A DNA stretch of 36,430 nucleotides, from the IMG/VR virus record IMGVR_UViG_3300045988_013705. One strand, written 5' to 3'. The notes beneath the pieces were generated by a model. That model was not told the origin of the DNA. It ran no database searches and saw only the letters and a list, made by a program, of their open reading frames with translations. A program made the translations under genes and the position numbers. This DNA is from a virus. Shown here in pieces: positions 9,270 through 16,891 of this stretch (positions are counted from its first letter, which is position 1; the number at the start of each line of letters is the position of its first letter).

Positions 9270-10495
9270 TCTGTCGCACCTCCTGCATTAAGTGTACCGC
9301 CATTGGTAGCGGGGAATTCAAGCGGATTACCCGATTGGGTCTTGGTCGAATCAGTGTTAGGCGTGTAGATCTCGCCCGTCTGCGTATTGTACAGCACCGA
9401 ATCAAGCCCAAGATTCAGGATATCCATACCATCAATCGTGTTCATATTCTCCGCTTGGCGCATCTCATTAATCGTCATGATTCCGCACTGTTTCGCCAGC
9501 TGGTAAACCTCGAAGCGTTCCTTGATATTCGCCTTGATAATTTCCTTGGTGTCGAACGCGAAATAATATTTTTTCTTTTCGGATTCCAAGAGCAGATCGC
9601 GGTTAAGTGCTGTCTCGAAAGCGCGGATAATCGGGTAGATGGCGAATCTGAAAGTCTCTTCCCAATTATCTTTAATATGGAAGATGTTGTTGATTTCATC
9701 GGTCAGCGTTTTCTTGTTTTCGTCCAACTGCATTTCCGTGGATGTGCTGGACGCTTCCTGAAAATCAACACCATTATTCAAGACAACGACATTTTCCTCA
9801 GAGTTCGCGTACAGTCTCGCCCACGCATTCTTAAGCGTGTTGATTTCCTCCTGCCCCAGCTTACGTTGAGCCTTAAGAAAACCGCGCTTGTTGCCACCGG
9901 ACTTGACAAGCGACAACTGGTAGATCAACGTCTGGTATGCCGTCTCCAATGCCTTCGACACTTCCACAGTCAAGCCTACACCACTAGCACCGTCCTTCGT
10001 GTCTCGAAGCAATTTGATAAAGTCGAATGGCTTATACATGTTCGCGCCGACGATGATATCGTAATCCTTGTAAATCGGGTCAGCATTGATATTGATACTC
10101 ACGTTATCAGTGGCGACATAGTACAGTCCAGTAACATCATTTCGGCTTCGAGCGATATAGCAGTAACCTCCCTTGCCCATCAAGTAATCCTCTACCATCG
10201 CTTTTTTAAGCTGGTAGCCGTCCAAGGTGTCGCCTGTATCGCCATTCAGCATGTTCACGCGATTATCATTCGTGACTTCAGCGACCACGCCCTTGGTTTC
10301 CTTGTAGAGCTTCACCGGCACACAAGCGATAGTGGACGTGACGAAATCTACAGCCGCTGACACAGCAGGGAGCATCATAGCCTTCTGCCGATTGATCGGC
10401 TCGCCTTTGAGCAAGGCACGTAACAGCACATCACTTACCTGCGGTTCCGGCGCTGGTGTTTCAGTGTCTCGTTTGTTCCTGTTGAAAAGTCCCAT
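9266..10495 (-). CDS. Portal protein (HK97 family).
   Basis: 409 aa with RBS AGGAGGA. It lies downstream of TerL, and its stop overlaps the protease start. Confidence 0.85.
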   Translation of the reverse strand: MGLFNRNKRDTETPAPEPQVSDVLLRALLKGEPINRQKAMMLPAVSAAVDFVTSTIACVPVKLYKETKGVVAEVTNDNRVNMLNGDTGDTLDGYQLKKAMVEDYLMGKGGYCYIARSRNDVTGLYYVATDNVSININADPIYKDYDIIVGANMYKPFDFIKLLRDTKDGASGVGLTVEVSKALETAYQTLIYQLSLVKSGGNKRGFLKAQRKLGQEEINTLKNAWARLYANSEENVVVLNNGVDFQEASSTSTEMQLDENKKTLTDEINNIFHIKDNWEETFRFAIYPIIRAFETALNRDLLLESEKKKYYFAFDTKEIIKANIKERFEVYQLAKQCGIMTINEMRQAENMNTIDGMDILNLGLDSVLYNTQTGEIYTPNTDSTKTQSGNPLEFPATNGGTLNAGGATE

Positions 10496-10505
10496 ATTAA
10501 TCCTC

Positions 10506-12209
10506 CTAGATGACTTGTGCTACGAAGTCCATATGATTAAAGTCTACGTCCTGCTGAAGCAAATACATAGCGTTAATCAAGCTCACGACCATATCGACTT
10601 TCCCCTTCGATTTCTTCTTGTGTACATACATGTTTTTGTTCGTGTCGTAGGTGCATCGAGCGTTCTGGAAATTAATCTCTAGCAAGCGGTTAGGCTCATA
10701 CTCAAACTCTTTCTTCAAAATCTTTTCCTTGAGCAATTTCGTCGGCGGGTGAAGCGTGGAAGAATGCTGACGAATCTCTACCGTCTGGTATCCAGCAGCT
10801 TCAAGCTTCTGCGCAGTACTAAGCGCATTCCAGCGGTCATAGCCGATAGCCTGCACACGCACGCCGAAACGTTCCTCAATGCCCATGATGAAGTCCTCGA
10901 CCACCTTGTAATCAATCACCTTGTCACCGCACGCGATACACTTCCCTGCACGGATAAACTGCCGGTAGTCGATTTTCTCGAAGGCGTTCTTTTCGCCAAT
11001 ACGACCTTCAGGCACGAATGCGAAAACGTCAGCAAGCACGTTATCGTCATCGTCAACACCGACCATAGCAACCGAGGTATTATCGTTTGTCTCCGACAAG
11101 TCAAGCCCAAGATAAACCGTGCGTCCAGCCCAATCGATATGCGAGACTTTACACGCCTGCACATCATTAACGTCGATATAAGTCTCGGTTTCAGCACCCT
11201 GATAGATGATATTGCAGTGCTTCGTGAGAAAATTCTCACGAGCCGATTCCACCGCGACAGCGTAAGCCCGCTTCTTCTTAAGGTCTTCCCAGATTTCCGG
11301 TATCTCCAAGGACGCTGGGTTAGCCTGACGCATTATCAAATCGTCTTCCGTCCAGTTCTTAGGATTATCCGGCTCATACAATAGGGCGAAACGTGACGGG
11401 TCATCGATAATACCGTCAAGCACCTTCTTCGAATACGCCACTTCGTCCTCGAACGGGTTATCCACAGTAGGATACTTGGTCGAAATGATGAAGCCCAGCT
11501 TATTGAGGATATTCAGCTGTCCAGAGCGCATGGCTTCAATCGCGTATGACGTTGGCAATGCGCCAACTTCGTCAGCACAGAAGGCGTTAGGAAGCCTACC
11601 GTCCATGCGGCTAGTCGAATAGCTGAGCGGGATATATGTCGTGCTGAGCGGCTTGAAGGTGATTGAATCCCGTAGAATCTTCCACCGCGCCACGTCCTTG
11701 AACGCGAACACTTCAGGCGAACTCTTCAAAGTCTCGCTAATCGCTTCGCGCACCTCACGCGACAGAGTACCGTCTGGAGCCACCGAGTAAAATTTACTAA
11801 AACGCGGTTCAGTCAAAAACAACAGAATGAAAATCGTGGCGATGGTGTACGTTTTGAAGTTCTTTCGCGCAATCTCCAGCACGCACGTCTCATACTTGCG
11901 CTTAGCCGGATTATCCCTGCGAACCGTGCAAAGAGTGGCAGTATAGAACAGCCACTGATAGCCGGTAGTGCAATCATATAGCGATTGTCCGGCACGCAAT
12001 CCCTTCGGCATACGAAGTACCTTCAGAATTGCATAGAGTTGCTTAATCTTGCGATGGCTCACGAAATACGTATCGTCCTTGCCATCGCAAACAGCCAGCC
12101 ACGCCTTCATCTGCTTCTTCACATACTTAGGCGTGGTCGGCTCATTCACACACTTCACACAATACTCATAACCCTTATTCTCCATCTTCATCTTCCTCGG
12201 TTTCGCCAT
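10506..12209 (-). CDS. terL: Terminase large subunit (Terminase_1 type).
   Basis: 567 aa following the P27-type small subunit. The start is ambiguous (12209, 12191 or 12185); the ATG at 12185 has the best GAGGAA spacing. Confidence 0.85.
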   Translation of the reverse strand: MAKPRKMKMENKGYEYCVKCVNEPTTPKYVKKQMKAWLAVCDGKDDTYFVSHRKIKQLYAILKVLRMPKGLRAGQSLYDCTTGYQWLFYTATLCTVRRDNPAKRKYETCVLEIARKNFKTYTIATIFILLFLTEPRFSKFYSVAPDGTLSREVREAISETLKSSPEVFAFKDVARWKILRDSITFKPLSTTYIPLSYSTSRMDGRLPNAFCADEVGALPTSYAIEAMRSGQLNILNKLGFIISTKYPTVDNPFEDEVAYSKKVLDGIIDDPSRFALLYEPDNPKNWTEDDLIMRQANPASLEIPEIWEDLKKKRAYAVAVESARENFLTKHCNIIYQGAETETYIDVNDVQACKVSHIDWAGRTVYLGLDLSETNDNTSVAMVGVDDDDNVLADVFAFVPEGRIGEKNAFEKIDYRQFIRAGKCIACGDKVIDYKVVEDFIMGIEERFGVRVQAIGYDRWNALSTAQKLEAAGYQTVEIRQHSSTLHPPTKLLKEKILKKEFEYEPNRLLEINFQNARCTYDTNKNMYVHKKKSKGKVDMVVSLINAMYLLQQDVDFNHMDFVAQVI

Positions 12210-12558
12210 TAATCAACGCAAGTAGCGGGTCAACATCATCACCGTCACGTTCAGCGTCAGACTTGCCGAAGCCTTGAATGATCTTCATAAGGGTTGTGAC
12301 AGTGCGGTTGGCGCTGTCAGTGGTCGTATTGTATTCACGGACAGCCGGGTTAGTGTAAAGGTTCTTGCGTCCCTTCACATACTCCTTCTTCACCAGCATA
12401 CCGTCTTGCTCAATCGACTTTTCCAAGTCGTTGAGAATCTTGATTTGCACTTGATAGCGTTTAAAGGTGGTGACAAAAAAGAAATTAGTCTGGACGCCTG
12501 TTTCCTCGGCTATTTGCAGAATCTCGACAGCCTGCTCCTGAAGATTCTTGCCCCTCAT
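12175..12558 (-). CDS. terS: Terminase small subunit (P27 family).
   Basis: Starts MRGKNLQEQAVEIL, contains ...YTNPAVREYN... and ends in an acidic tail. The ATG at 12558 shares one nt with the stop of the MetK-like gene. The track also allows a start at 12573. Confidence 0.75.
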   Translation of the reverse strand: MRGKNLQEQAVEILQIAEETGVQTNFFFVTTFKRYQVQIKILNDLEKSIEQDGMLVKKEYVKGRKNLYTNPAVREYNTTTDSANRTVTTLMKIIQGFGKSDAERDGDDVDPLLALINGETEEDEDGE

Positions 12559-13388
12559 CAAAACAACCCCCATTCCGCAAGTTTCTCAAAACCACCGACA
12601 GTATCGAAAACATACTGCCGAGCTTTACGCACGATCTCCGAGTAAGGGACTCCATTCACTTCGCTGTCACCAATGGCGCAACAAAGCGAGACAACCTTCC
12701 CAGTCTTCTGTGCGAGAAGATGCGCATAAATATTCACCGAAACGTCCGCCTTGCTCAAGTCCTTACCATGCAAGCCGCCACCAGTCACAGCGTCACCCAT
12801 GTCGGATCCGAGCTTGCGATTCGTCGCACCTGTATCCACATCGGTTCCACCAGTCCACGAGCCGAGAGGATTCACGACAATATCATAGCCAAACGGGTTC
12901 CGCCCGCATGATTCAAGCCCGCTGACAATGCTTTCCGCGAGTCTCCCATCATCGGCACACGACTGGCAGGCGATGAATTTACCGCCGCTCATGACGAACT
13001 TGCCGTCCGTTGGGTACTCGTCATACAGAGCATGGACGATACGGGAAATATCCTTCTGCTCGCGAGTTAGCGGCACGCCCTTGAAAATGCCATTGTCACC
13101 GCACTTGATGCCGTCCGACTGGTTATCTGCGAGATGCCGGTCTTGCGGAACTTCCCTGTAATCAATCTCGATTCCATCAACTCCAGTGATACGACTCACA
13201 ACACTTCTGATGACAGCGTCCGGAATCGGCACACTAGTCTCCGCGATTACATGGCACACGCCATGCCCGATAAGCACCTCGACAGCGATACGAGGTGACA
13301 TATCAAGTTCATACGCATAATCTACGAGAGCACCAGCAATCCTGTCAGCCACCTTGTCAGGATGACTTGGATTAACTTTTTCAATCAT
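12558..13388 (-). CDS. metK: Shortened S-adenosylmethionine synthetase (MetK)-like protein, 276 aa.
   Basis: Three motifs match MetK: SHPDKVADRIAGALVD, KCGDNGIFKG and GGTDVDTGATNRKLGSDMGDAVTGGGLHGKDLSKADVS, aligning with GHPDKxCDQ, GAGDQG and GLTGRK...GGGAFSGKDPSKVDRS. The ATG at 13388 lies 9 nt after GGAGGA. Confidence 0.7.
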   Translation of the reverse strand: MIEKVNPSHPDKVADRIAGALVDYAYELDMSPRIAVEVLIGHGVCHVIAETSVPIPDAVIRSVVSRITGVDGIEIDYREVPQDRHLADNQSDGIKCGDNGIFKGVPLTREQKDISRIVHALYDEYPTDGKFVMSGGKFIACQSCADDGRLAESIVSGLESCGRNPFGYDIVVNPLGSWTGGTDVDTGATNRKLGSDMGDAVTGGGLHGKDLSKADVSVNIYAHLLAQKTGKVVSLCCAIGDSEVNGVPYSEIVRKARQYVFDTVGGFEKLAEWGLF

Positions 13389-13393
13389 TCTTA

Positions 13394-14590
13394 TCAATCC
13401 TCCACTTTCACAGCTTCCATGCCAGTGAGCTTCTCCCACCTATCGACAATCACGTCGGCATACTTCGGGTCGTACTCCATAACTCGCGCCCTGCGCCCAT
13501 TCTGCTCGCACGCGATAATAGTCGTGCCGCTGCCACCGAACAGGTCTAAAACGATATCGTTCTTTGCGCTGCTATTGCGAATCTGATAGTCGAACAATCC
13601 GACTGGCTTCATCGTCGGATGCAGATCGGCCTTTGCTGGCCTGTCCCAATCAATGACAGTCGTCTGCTTCCTGTCCCCATACCAGTTATGAGACCCAGTC
13701 CCCTTCCAGCCGTAAAGGCACGGCTCATGCTTCCACTGGTAATCCTGCCGTCCCATGACGAGCGAGTTCTTATTCCAAATCAGCTCCTGCTTGACTGTAA
13801 GCCCGGCATCCTCGATGGCGGTTGCGAAATTCACGACCTCCTTGCTCGCATACCAGACATAGAATGCCGCCCCGTCAGCCATCGCGTCGTAGGCATTGCC
13901 AAACGCTGCGAGAAGGAAATCATGGAAGACACCGGCATCCATGCTGTCGTTCTCGATTTTCATCGCCTTGGCGCTCTTGCCAGTGTAATCGACGTTGTAA
14001 GGCGGATCCGTGATAAGAAGTGCAGCTCTCTCACCACCTCCTGCCTGCATGAGCTTGCGAACATCATCTGGTTTCGTACTGTCACCGCACATCAAGATAT
14101 GGTTGCCGAGCCGATACACATCGCCCAGCTTCGTCACCGGTTCAGCTGGCGGATCAGGAACATCCTCGTCAGCATCACTACCAGCCAAATCACTGCCAAT
14201 GCCAAGATCGCCAAGGTCTACATCGTCGAAACCGAAATCGCTCATGTCAATGTCATCGATGCCGTTAAGCTCGATATCCAACTTGCCCAAATCCCACTCG
14301 GCAAGCTCGGCCGTCTTGTTATCCGCAAGACGAAACGCCTTCACCTGCTCGGACGTGAGATCATCAGCGACGATGACAGGCACCTTATCCAAGCCCAGTT
14401 TCTTCGCAGCCTTCAACCTCGTGTGACCTGTGACGATAACACCGTCAGCATCAACGACAATAGGCACCTTGAAGCCGAATTCCTTGATGGAAGCCGCCAC
14501 AGCGTCCACCGCACCATCATTAAGCCGCGGATTATTGGCATACGGGTTCAAATCCGCTACATTCCTGTATTCCACTTTCAGATTGTCCAT
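13394..14590 (-). CDS. ParB-like nuclease-domain protein fused to a DNA methyltransferase (DPPY motif; N6-adenine or N4-cytosine class).
   Basis: The N-terminus reads YANNPRLNDGAVDAVAASIKEFGFKVPIVVD...GHTRLKAAKKLG (ParB N-domain). It is followed by ITDPPYNVDY and, near the C-terminus, VLDLFGGSGTT. Confidence 0.85.
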   Translation of the reverse strand: MDNLKVEYRNVADLNPYANNPRLNDGAVDAVAASIKEFGFKVPIVVDADGVIVTGHTRLKAAKKLGLDKVPVIVADDLTSEQVKAFRLADNKTAELAEWDLGKLDIELNGIDDIDMSDFGFDDVDLGDLGIGSDLAGSDADEDVPDPPAEPVTKLGDVYRLGNHILMCGDSTKPDDVRKLMQAGGGERAALLITDPPYNVDYTGKSAKAMKIENDSMDAGVFHDFLLAAFGNAYDAMADGAAFYVWYASKEVVNFATAIEDAGLTVKQELIWNKNSLVMGRQDYQWKHEPCLYGWKGTGSHNWYGDRKQTTVIDWDRPAKADLHPTMKPVGLFDYQIRNSSAKNDIVLDLFGGSGTTIIACEQNGRRARVMEYDPKYADVIVDRWEKLTGMEAVKVED

Positions 14591-14800
14591 GAATATCAAT
14601 CCTTTCTATATCGTTTACTTGGCACCTAAATTTTTATCAAGCTTTATCACGCTTTATTCAAGTGTATCAACGGTTTTCAGCACGTTATCGAGGGTTTTTC
14701 CAAAAAAGAACGCAAACCAGATATTTTGTACTCAGAGGTGGGCGGTTGGTGTTGGTTGAGTCGAGTTTAATGGGTGGTCTGACCCGGGGGGGATGCTTTG

Positions 14801-15169
14801 TTAGTTTTCGGTGTGTCGTTTTTTTGCTAGTTGTTTGAGGTAGGTTGGGTTTATTTCGCCTGCGTCTGCTTGTTTGTGGTGTGGTATGCATAGGCAGATT
14901 AGGTTATCGTCATCGGTTAGGAGGTCTGGTGCTTGGTTGAGTTTGACTATATGGTGTACTTCTAGCCCTTTGTTTGTGATGCTGCCTTTATCGGCGCATA
15001 CTTCGCATAGGTAGTGTGCGTCTTGTTTGATCTGGTCGCGTTTCTTTTGCCACTTGTACGTGTCTCTTAGATGGTCTGCGCTTGTCTTGTGGTAGTGTCT
15101 AGCTGGTTTCTTTTGGCATTTCTCGTTCATCTGGTGCATTCGTCCACAGTATCCACATGCCTTGAGCAT
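14801..15169 (-). CDS. HNH endonuclease (packaging-associated type).
   Basis: Contains MLKACGYCGRMH...CEVC...LEVHHIVKL...NLICLCIPHHKQ. RBS is AAGGTGAG. The gene lies upstream of the terminase region. Confidence 0.8.
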   Translation of the reverse strand: MLKACGYCGRMHQMNEKCQKKPARHYHKTSADHLRDTYKWQKKRDQIKQDAHYLCEVCADKGSITNKGLEVHHIVKLNQAPDLLTDDDNLICLCIPHHKQADAGEINPTYLKQLAKKRHTEN

Positions 15170-15230
15170 TGTCTCACCTTCTCTTGGTATGGTTGAGCCG
15201 CTGTCCATTGTTGGTGCAGCGGCTCGATTG

Positions 15231-15461
15231 TCACTTGGTTTCCGTGTTGTCGGGTTTGGCTGTTGCGTGGCTGATACCTATGAGTGAACCGATCAGGACG
15301 CCGATTGCGTTGATTGTCGCTACGATTGCGTCCGTATCAGTCCAGCCCCATACGCTGCCGAGCACGCCGATGAATGTTGCTAGTGCTGGGAAAGCGATCA
15401 GTCCAGCCCACTTGAGGATTTCGTATGCCTTGCTTGATAGGATATAGGTTTTATCGTCCAT
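15231..15461 (-). CDS. Holin candidate (Dp-1-type pattern, two TM segments).
   Basis: 76 aa: ...YEILKWAGLIAFPALATFIGVLGSVWGWTDTDAIVATINAIGVLIGSLIGIS... with a charged C-terminus. RBS is GGAGGAA. Confidence 0.6.
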   Translation of the reverse strand: MDDKTYILSSKAYEILKWAGLIAFPALATFIGVLGSVWGWTDTDAIVATINAIGVLIGSLIGISHATAKPDNTETK

Positions 15462-15477
15462 TATTGTTCCTCCGTTT

Positions 15478-15552
15478 TCAGTGCTTGCCGATTACCGTGA
15501 TGATAATCAGTGTCGCGCAGATAATGCTTGTGATTGTGATTGCGGTGTTCAT
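15478..15552 (-). CDS. 24-aa hydrophobic peptide (MNTAITITSIICATLIIITVIGKH).
   Basis: The ATG at 15552 lies 7 nt after GAAAGGA. It has a single TM-length hydrophobic stretch and sits immediately upstream of the holin candidate. It is below the 60-aa track cutoff. Confidence 0.4.
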   Translation of the reverse strand: MNTAITITSIICATLIIITVIGKH

Positions 15553-15579
15553 GGTTTTGTCCTTTCTGTTGGTGCTATT

Positions 15580-15963
15580 CTAGTCTGATAGATGCACTAC
15601 GGCTTTGCGCTGTGCAACGTCCATGTTGGCTTGGGCTTCATGCACTTTATCCCGCGCCGCCTCAACATTTCCGTTGAGTTTGCCGTGCTGCAAGGCGATT
15701 AAACAGATTTCGTTTGCCGCTAGGCTCGCGTCTATGCCTTTGAGCATGGCCTCATAAAGGTATTGTCTCTCGTTGTGTTGCTGGTCGCGTTTTGCTTCCA
15801 TCATTGCTTGCTGTGCGCGGTATTGTGCGTCCTGTATGTCGCGTTGCTTCATTCTGTTGTTGCCGACGTATGTGATGATGGCAACGAATATGCTGGATAC
15901 TGCCGCGCAGCCGCTTGTTACGATGGCGACGATTACCTCTGTGCTAAGTCCCATGTTTTTCAA
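15580..15963 (-). CDS. Membrane-anchored coiled-coil protein (N-terminal TM segment).
   Basis: 127 aa with TM segment VIVAIVTSGCAAVSSIFVAIITYV, followed by a charged helical region. The start is either TTG 15963 or ATG 15954. Confidence 0.55.
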   Translation of the reverse strand: MKNMGLSTEVIVAIVTSGCAAVSSIFVAIITYVGNNRMKQRDIQDAQYRAQQAMMEAKRDQQHNERQYLYEAMLKGIDASLAANEICLIALQHGKLNGNVEAARDKVHEAQANMDVAQRKAVVHLSD

Positions 15964-15967
15964 TCTC

Positions 15968-16007
15968 TAATCACTCGCTTTTTCTAATTGTGATTATATC
16001 GTGATTA
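15968..16007. promoter_or_regulatory. Operator-like 7-mer repeats (TAATCAC / GTGATTA x2) overlapping AT-rich -10-like hexamers on both strands.
   Basis: TAATCAC lies at 15968-15974, and GTGATTA at 15990-15996 and 16001-16007. The rc of attata at 15993-15998 is TATAAT (minus strand). TGaTTATAT lies at 15991-15999 (plus strand). Confidence 0.4.
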
Positions 16008-16009
16008 GC

Positions 16010-16118
16010 ATGGGATTTGCGGGACATTTCGCGTGCTATACTTGTCGTGTACTCATTTTGGGTATTCCTTTCTTTGTCAGTTAGGGCATGGCTTTTGGCC
16101 ATGCCCTTTTCCTTTTAC
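16010..16118 (+). other. Orphan plus-strand mini transcription unit: either a small RNA of about 60-70 nt or a near-leaderless 24-aa hydrophobic ORF (16010-16084), ending in an intrinsic terminator.
   Basis: An extended -10, TGcTATACT, lies at 16034-16042. The ORF is ATG 16010 ... TAG 16084, reading MGFAGHFACYTCRVLILGIPFFVS. A hairpin (16083-16092 paired with 16098-16107) is followed by TTTCCTTTT. Confidence 0.3.
16083..16118 (+). terminator. Intrinsic terminator hairpin; the T-tract is on the plus strand only.
   Basis: agggcatggc-ttttg-gccatgccct forms a 10-bp perfect stem, followed by tttccttttac. On the minus strand it is followed by aactgac, with no U-tract. Confidence 0.6.
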
Positions 16119-16486
16119 TTCTGGTGCAGTTCCGGCTCTGGCTCGCTTCCTGCTGTGCCATCGTCCCACAAGTAGCATCTGCCCCACTTCCAGTGGTCTA
16201 CCGGTACCTTGTGTGGGTCATTGTAGCTGTGTACTAGCCAGCCATGCTCGTAGGCTTCTTTTGGGTGCATGTGTACCCAGCCGTGACAGCCGACACTACC
16301 ACTCCCACAGAGATATATCAGGTTGGACGCATTATGTAGCCCGCTCCAGCCGTGTGACCTCATACGACGATGATGTAGGCTAGCCATTGCTCCATACAAG
16401 GGTTTCCCACATCGGACGCAGCATTGCATGTCCCTTCCGGCGCAGATGGAGCGTGTCGCTGGTGTCGGGTTCGTGGCCTTGCTCAT
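16115..16486 (-). CDS. HNH-like Cys/His nuclease.
   Basis: 123 aa containing CCVRCGKP...SLHHRRMRSHG...NLIYLCGSGSVGCHGWVH. Confidence 0.55.
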   Translation of the reverse strand: MSKATNPTPATRSICAGRDMQCCVRCGKPLYGAMASLHHRRMRSHGWSGLHNASNLIYLCGSGSVGCHGWVHMHPKEAYEHGWLVHSYNDPHKVPVDHWKWGRCYLWDDGTAGSEPEPELHQK

Positions 16487-16662
16487 TATTTGGCTCCTTG
16501 GATGTCCCTGCGGATCAGTGCCTTGATGTAGCCTTGTTTGTTGTCCACTGTTTCGAGTTTGTGGATGATGTCGGCGTCGTTTTCCTTGTGGAGTTCGAGA
16601 TGGTACTGTTTTGAAGCCCTTTTGTGGTAGGCGTTCGCTGCTTTGGTGTGTCTGGTGCCCAT
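16486..16662 (-). CDS. Small basic protein; possible ribbon-helix-helix DNA binder.
   Basis: MGTRHTKAANAYHKRASKQYHLELHKENDADIIHKLE...GYIKALIRRDI. RBS is GGGAGG upstream of the ATG at 16662. Confidence 0.45.
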   Translation of the reverse strand: MGTRHTKAANAYHKRASKQYHLELHKENDADIIHKLETVDNKQGYIKALIRRDIQGAK

Positions 16663-16725
16663 TTTTACCTCCCTAGGTATCCGATCAGGATCGTCAAGGC
16701 GATTAAGCAAACCATGATCATGGTT

Positions 16726-16875
16726 TCAAGCATTTTTCTTGTCCTTTCCGTATTGTTGTCTGAGTAGCGCTTCGATCTCCATGCGGGGAACTTGCGGTAC
16801 CAACGGCGCGATTTCGTCCACCGTGTAGCCACACTCATACCATTTGAGGATCATGTCTTTCAACACTTTTTTCAT
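16726..16875 (-). CDS. 49-aa hypothetical protein (possible HTH).
   Basis: MKKVLKDMILKWYECGYTVDEIAPLVPQVPRMEIEALLRQQYGKDKKNA. RBS is AAGGAAGAAGGA. The longer track ORF (to 17019) overlaps the YqaJ gene and is unlikely to be real. Confidence 0.45.
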   Translation of the reverse strand: MKKVLKDMILKWYECGYTVDEIAPLVPQVPRMEIEALLRQQYGKDKKNA

Positions 16876-16891
16876 TGTGTCCTTCTTCCTT

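Noticed and set aside
16033-16383. 116-aa plus-strand ORF.
   Set aside because: It uses a GTG start, runs through the terminator hairpin, and is antisense to the HNH-like gene.
16663-16725. 18-aa hydrophobic mini-ORF (MIMVCLIALTILIGYLGR) between two small genes.
   Set aside because: It has no recognisable RBS and is very short. I cannot distinguish it from chance.
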